Positions 61,133 through 64,000 of a stretch of 64,000 bases of DNA are shown here, piece after piece. How positions within the stretch are numbered: the stretch's first letter is position 1; every line of letters begins with the position of its first letter. This DNA comes from an uncultured Chloroflexia bacterium (GTDB lineage: Bacteria; Chloroflexota; Anaerolineae; Aggregatilineales; Aggregatilineaceae): assembly GCA_963826505.1 (NCBI GenBank), contig CAWGXG010000001.1, positions 354,406 through 418,405 of the forward strand, read 5' to 3'. Position numbers and translations under genes: made by a program. The notes below the pieces were generated by a model that had not been told where the DNA came from, made no database searches, and worked only from the letters and a program-made list of their open reading frames with translations.

Positions 61133-63577
61133 TCACCCTTTCACTTTCGTGCCAGCCGGGTCGTAAGCCGCCTTGAGACTGGCTTGCACCGGCACACGAT
61201 CCCCCGCGATATCGAGTTCGAAATTCGCGTCGAGCAGATCGGGGCCAGCGCCGTTGGTCACCACAAAGCCGAGCGCAACAATGGCGTTGAGTGTGTGGCC
61301 GTAAGCTGCGGACGTCACCTCGCCAACGGGTGCGCCATTGCGCAGGATCAGTTCTCCGCCATGCGCCAGCGGGGTATCGGGGGTCAAGCCGACGAAACTG
61401 AGTAGCCGTTTTGCGAGCGGCTTTGTTTTCGCGGCCACGAGCGCCTCGCGTCCGATGAAATCACCCTTGTCGAACTTGACCGCAAAGCCAAGACCCGCCT
61501 CGAATGGCGTAATATCGGGCGTGAGTTCACGACCCCAGGCGCGATAGCCTTTTTCCAGCCGCAACGACTCGATGGCGTAATAGCCGGCATCGCGCACAGC
61601 GAGGTCGTGGCCGGCTTGCATGATGGCGTCGTAGACGCCGGTCGCGAGTTCGACCGGCACGAACAATTCCCAACCCAGTTCGCCGACATAGGTGCGCCGC
61701 GCGGCCAGAACATTGGCGGGCCCAATGCCGGTTTCACGCACGGCCCCGAACGGAAATGCGTCGTTGTCGAGCGGCGCCTTGGTCAGCCGCTCGAGCAACT
61801 CGCGCGAGCGCGGCCCCATGACGGCAAGTACGGCATAGGCCGAGGTGACGTCGGTGAGATAGGCGTGAGCATCCAGCGGAAGATTGCGGGTGATCCAGTC
61901 GGCGTCGCGCGTCGCCTGTGCCGTTCCGGTGACGATGAGGAAGCGGTCATGCGCAATGCGCGAAATCGTCACGTCGCTCTCGCAGGTGCCGCGATGATTG
62001 AGCATCCCGGTGTAGACGCTGGCGCCGACCGGCACATTCATGTCATTGGCGCACAGATGTTGCAGCACGCTTTGAGCGTCGCGGCCCTGCAGCAGCAATT
62101 TCGCAAATGACGTCAGATCGAACAGCGCGACGGCCTCGCGCGTAGCCTGGTGCTCGGCGGCGGCGAACGGAAACCAGTTCTGCCGTCCGAGCGAATAGTC
62201 GATCTTGGCGTCGGCTTTCGACGGCGCAAAGAAGTTCGGCCGCTCCCAGCCCATCTTGGAGCCAAACACCGCATGCTTGTCGGCCAGCCGATCATAGAGC
62301 GGCGAGCGGCGAAATGGCCGCACCGAGGCAAATTCGCGGTTCGGCCATGGCATCATGTAATGCAGGCCCAGCACTTCCTTGACGCGGTCGTGCAGCAGCG
62401 CGTCATTGTCGTGGAAGCGCGCGAAGCGGCGAATATCGACCGGCCACAAATCGAGCGTAGGCTCACCTTCGACGATCCATTCGGCCAGCGCCCGGCCGGC
62501 ACCACCGCCGGAAGCAATGCCGATCGAATTAAACCCCGCGCCAACAAAGAAGTTTTTCAGTTCCGGCGCCTCGCCCATGATGAAGTTGTTGTCAGGCGTG
62601 AAGCTTTCCGGCCCGTTCATGAAAGTCTTGATCTCGGCCGTCTCCAGCGCCGGTAGCCGGACGAGCGCGTTCTGCATCAGGATTTCGAATTGGTCCCAGT
62701 CGTCCGGCAGTATGCCGAATTCGAAATTCTCAGGGATGCCGTCCATCGCCCAGGGCTTGGCCTCTGGCTCGAAGCCGCCCATCAGCAGGCCGCCGACTTC
62801 TTCCTTGATGTAGATGTAGCCGTCCGGATCGCGCAGGACCGGCAAGTCCGGATGCACGCCCTCGATGCGGCCAGCGACGATATACATATGCTCGGCCGAA
62901 TGCAGCGGCACGGAAACGCCGCACATGCGGCCAACTTGTTTGGCCCATTGTCCGGCGCAGTTGACGACGATGTCGGCTTTGATATCGCCTTTGGCGGTCG
63001 CAACACCGGTCACCGCGCCGTCGCGGGTATGGATTGCCGTCACCCGCGTCTGCTCAAAGATTTTAGCGCCGCCCATACGGGCGCCTTTCGCCAGCGCCTG
63101 CGTGACATCGGTTGGGTTGACCTTGCCGTCGAGCGGCAGCCAAAGCGCACCGACCAGATCGTCGGTACGCATGATCGGATAGCGCTCCGCCGCCTCTTTG
63201 ATCGAAATTAATTCGCAGGCGACGCCTTGCGCGGTGGCGGTCGACGCGATGCGCTTGAACAACACCAGCCGTTCAGCTGTGCGGGCGACCAGAACCGAGC
63301 CGCATTGCTTCCATCCGGTCGCTAGACCGGTTTCAGCCTCAAGCCGCGAATAGAGCTCTGCGGAATATTGAACAAGACGCGTCATGTTCTGATGCGCGCG
63401 CAACTGGCCTACCAGACCCGCGGCATGCCAGGTCGTGCCGCAGGAAAGCCGACCTTGCTCCAGCAAGACGACATCGCGCCAGCCGTGCTTCGTGAGGTGA
63501 TAGGCGACCGAACAGCCCATGACGCCGCCGCCGATGATGACGACCCGCGCGGAATCCGGAATGTCCGATTTGGTCAT
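61133..63577 (-). CDS. dimethylglycine/sarcosine dehydrogenase-family protein (FAD oxidoreductase + GcvT-like folate-binding domain); alternative start 63601
   Basis: VVIIGGGVMGCSVAYHL FAD motif. C-terminal aminomethyltransferase-like domain. Roughly 815 aa. Confidence 0.85.
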   Translation of the reverse strand: MTKSDIPDSARVVIIGGGVMGCSVAYHLTKHGWRDVVLLEQGRLSCGTTWHAAGLVGQLRAHQNMTRLVQYSAELYSRLEAETGLATGWKQCGSVLVARTAERLVLFKRIASTATAQGVACELISIKEAAERYPIMRTDDLVGALWLPLDGKVNPTDVTQALAKGARMGGAKIFEQTRVTAIHTRDGAVTGVATAKGDIKADIVVNCAGQWAKQVGRMCGVSVPLHSAEHMYIVAGRIEGVHPDLPVLRDPDGYIYIKEEVGGLLMGGFEPEAKPWAMDGIPENFEFGILPDDWDQFEILMQNALVRLPALETAEIKTFMNGPESFTPDNNFIMGEAPELKNFFVGAGFNSIGIASGGGAGRALAEWIVEGEPTLDLWPVDIRRFARFHDNDALLHDRVKEVLGLHYMMPWPNREFASVRPFRRSPLYDRLADKHAVFGSKMGWERPNFFAPSKADAKIDYSLGRQNWFPFAAAEHQATREAVALFDLTSFAKLLLQGRDAQSVLQHLCANDMNVPVGASVYTGMLNHRGTCESDVTISRIAHDRFLIVTGTAQATRDADWITRNLPLDAHAYLTDVTSAYAVLAVMGPRSRELLERLTKAPLDNDAFPFGAVRETGIGPANVLAARRTYVGELGWELFVPVELATGVYDAIMQAGHDLAVRDAGYYAIESLRLEKGYRAWGRELTPDITPFEAGLGFAVKFDKGDFIGREALVAAKTKPLAKRLLSFVGLTPDTPLAHGGELILRNGAPVGEVTSAAYGHTLNAIVALGFVVTNGAGPDLLDANFELDIAGDRVPVQASLKAAYDPAGTKVKG

Positions 63578-63610
63578 CACGCGCCTATCCAGCAGCAACA
63601 ACCCGAGCTT

Positions 63611-64000
63611 TTAGCGCGCGAACGACAAAAAGGCGCTAACGACTTTTACATATACATCTCTTTTAAACGGAACGACAAGTTGCGGAACCACAACGAGCCG
63701 TTCCCAGCGCCACATATCAAATTCCGGTTGCTGGCCATCCCGCATAGCGGTCACATCAATTACATGATCCGCGCCGCTAAACCGAAAGGCGAACCATTTT
63801 TGCTTTTGGCCGCGGAACTTGTTGAGCCGGTGAACTGCCTGGCCAGAATACGGAGGGAAATCGTAGGTCATCCAATTTGTTTCAGCGAGAAATTCCGCTT
63901 TCGATACCCCGGTCTCTTCGAAGAGTCACGCCGCGCCGCCTTGAGGGGTTCCTCGCCCTTATCGATGCCACCTTGTGGCATCTGCCATTCGAACCCTGGC
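63611..64000 (-). pseudogene. rppH: RNA pyrophosphohydrolase (NUDIX, RppH-like), 5' end outside window, 1-nt deletion near 63925
   Basis: C-terminus GQKQKWF..EFDMWRW..FKRDVY matches RppH. Upstream frame reads WQMPQGGIDKGEEPLKAARR with the NUDIX box RELFEETGV restored by adding one base. Confidence 0.65.

Overview
High-GC (about 63-65%) bacterial chromosomal window, densely coding on both strands, with no rRNA, tRNA, CRISPR array or recognisable transposase. Read left to right it contains the following blocks. (1) A MacB-type ABC exporter remnant and a LacI-headed small operon: RpiB-like isomerase and MmsA-like aldehyde dehydrogenase. (2) An IclR-headed catabolic operon: Gfo/Idh/MocA oxidoreductase, acetolactate-synthase-like ThDP enzyme, split transketolase, IlvD/EDD dehydratase and a sugar ABC importer. 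(3) A ten-gene minus-strand operon that fuses a sulfur-compound module with a Rieske/cytochrome b/nonaheme cytochrome c complex. The sulfur module is an ArsR regulator, a triheme cytochrome c, a YeeE/YedE pair and a PsrABC-like molybdopterin oxidoreductase. (4) An FmdE-like protein divergent from a caa3-type cytochrome oxidase locus with subunit fusions: II-cyt c, I-III and IV-cyt c. (5) A deoC, tandem-domain ALDH16-like and ROK-kinase cluster. (6) A LacI-controlled glycan-utilisation operon with an ABC importer, two URO-D-family proteins, an FAD_oxidored-family enzyme and a glycoside hydrolase. (7) Miscellaneous genes: TolB-like, phosphoesterase, Gfo/Idh/MocA, Zn-ADH, FAD monooxygenase, flotillin, hyuB plus a decayed tandem hyuB copy, EamA, a DMGDH-family enzyme and RppH. 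At least 14 single-nucleotide indels interrupt otherwise well-conserved genes, concentrated in the cox locus; these are either consensus errors or recent pseudogenisation. The best candidates for an undescribed system are the sulfur/respiratory super-operon (3) and the unusual transketolase/dehydratase/ThDP catabolic cluster (2).
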